A stretch of 28,106 nt of DNA from Luteimonas sp. (GTDB lineage Bacteria > Pseudomonadota > Gammaproteobacteria > Xanthomonadales > Xanthomonadaceae): contig JBDSEX010000033.1 in the NCBI GenBank assembly GCA_039919835.1, positions 1-28,106 on the forward strand, in the 5' to 3' direction. Shown piece by piece: positions 27,591 through 28,106 of the stretch. Below the pieces are notes generated by a model. It was given only the letters and a program-made list of their open reading frames with translations, made no database searches and was not told where the DNA came from. Numbering within the stretch: the first letter of the stretch is position 1; each line of letters opens with the position of its first letter. The position numbers and the translations under genes were made by a program.

Positions 27591-28106
<516 letters not shown>

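Overview
High-GC, apparently core chromosomal segment with gene order and protein sequences typical of Xanthomonadales (Lysobacter/Luteimonas-like; taxon inferred, not searched). Order: end of an upstream gene (bfd?), bfr, a hybrid histidine kinase and REC-GGDEF-EAL pair, DUF4126, DUF6776-like, erpA-nudC, ampE-like, a tiny lipoprotein, MFS-acyltransferase, purD, purH, fis, DUF3426, prmA, a 659-aa secreted protein, accC, accB, aroQ, tlpA, dsbD, cutA, an XRE regulator, groES and partial groEL. No tRNA, rRNA, CRISPR, transposase or prophage is visible. Strongest leads: (1) an unannotated + strand RNA (about 26793-27051) with GGA-loop hairpins of the CsrA/RsmA-binding type and a strong terminator, divergent from the XRE regulator across an AT-rich palindromic region; (2) the 659-aa secreted protein, whose His/Lys/Tyr spacing resembles lysyl oxidase; (3) a 49-aa lipoprotein with a 24-residue mature peptide; (4) an apparently enzymatically dead REC-GGDEF-EAL protein with an in-frame 15-bp tandem repeat. 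All family assignments come from motif recognition by eye; no searches were run.
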